Shown: positions 7,781 to 8,021 of the stretch, one piece after another
Position numbering within the stretch: position 1 is the stretch's first letter
How the letters are laid out: each line of letters opens with the position of its first letter
NCBI RefSeq assembly: GCF_006345805.1
Contig: NW_021828655.1
Span: 1-8,021, forward strand
Direction of reading: 5' to 3'
From: Octopus sinensis
Lineage: Eukaryota
DNA: 8,021 nt
Program-made: the position numbers and the translations under genes
Notes under the pieces: generated by a model
The model's database searches: none
What the model was told of the DNA's origin: nothing
What the model saw: the letters and a program-made list of their open reading frames with translations, nothing else

Positions 7781-8021
7781 ATTCTTTTAATCCTTTATTC
7801 TTTTATTCTTTTACTTGTTTCAGTCATTTGACTGTGGCCATGCAGGAGCACCGCCTTTAGTCGAACAAATCGATCCCAGAACTTATTCTTTGTAAGCTTG
7901 GTACTTATTCTATCGGGCTCTTTTGCCGAACTGCTACGTTACGGGGACGTAAACACACCAACATCGGTTGTCAGGTGAAGGGGGGGCGACAAACACAGAG
8001 ACATAAATGCATATATATATA
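7781..8021 (-). mobile_element. SINE family A, 3' half; runs off the window
   Basis: Its reverse complement aligns with ~7310-7540, with an (AAAGAAT)-like simple tail at 7781-7812. Confidence 0.88.

Overview
This is repeat-saturated, non-genic animal DNA. The SINE families and very long tetranucleotide microsatellites resemble those I recall from Octopus genomes; that assignment is an inference and no database search was run. No intact protein-coding gene, RNA gene or CRISPR array is supported, and the long ORFs in the track are artefacts of stop-free 4-mer repeats. Recognisable parts: (i) three families of tRNA-derived SINEs; (ii) a decayed, internally deleted DD37D (maT-type) Tc1/mariner transposase; (iii) a fragment of an R4/Dong-like RLE LINE; (iv) an RTE-like LINE 3' end with a C2H2 finger; (v) a ~220-bp mariner MITE; (vi) an unclassified foldback MITE with 16-bp subterminal repeats, split by a SINE; (vii) about 3.5 kb of (ATGT)n/(ATGG)n/(ATAG)n/(AT)n arrays. 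The most unusual structures are a nested, ~98%-identical inverted duplication (4918-6243) that splits one SINE into two orientations, and a 115-bp direct repeat flanking a SINE tail plus microsatellite, which could be a giant target-site duplication. I see no evidence for a new enzymatic system. The interest lies in rearrangement and transposon mechanics, and some of it could be assembly artefact.
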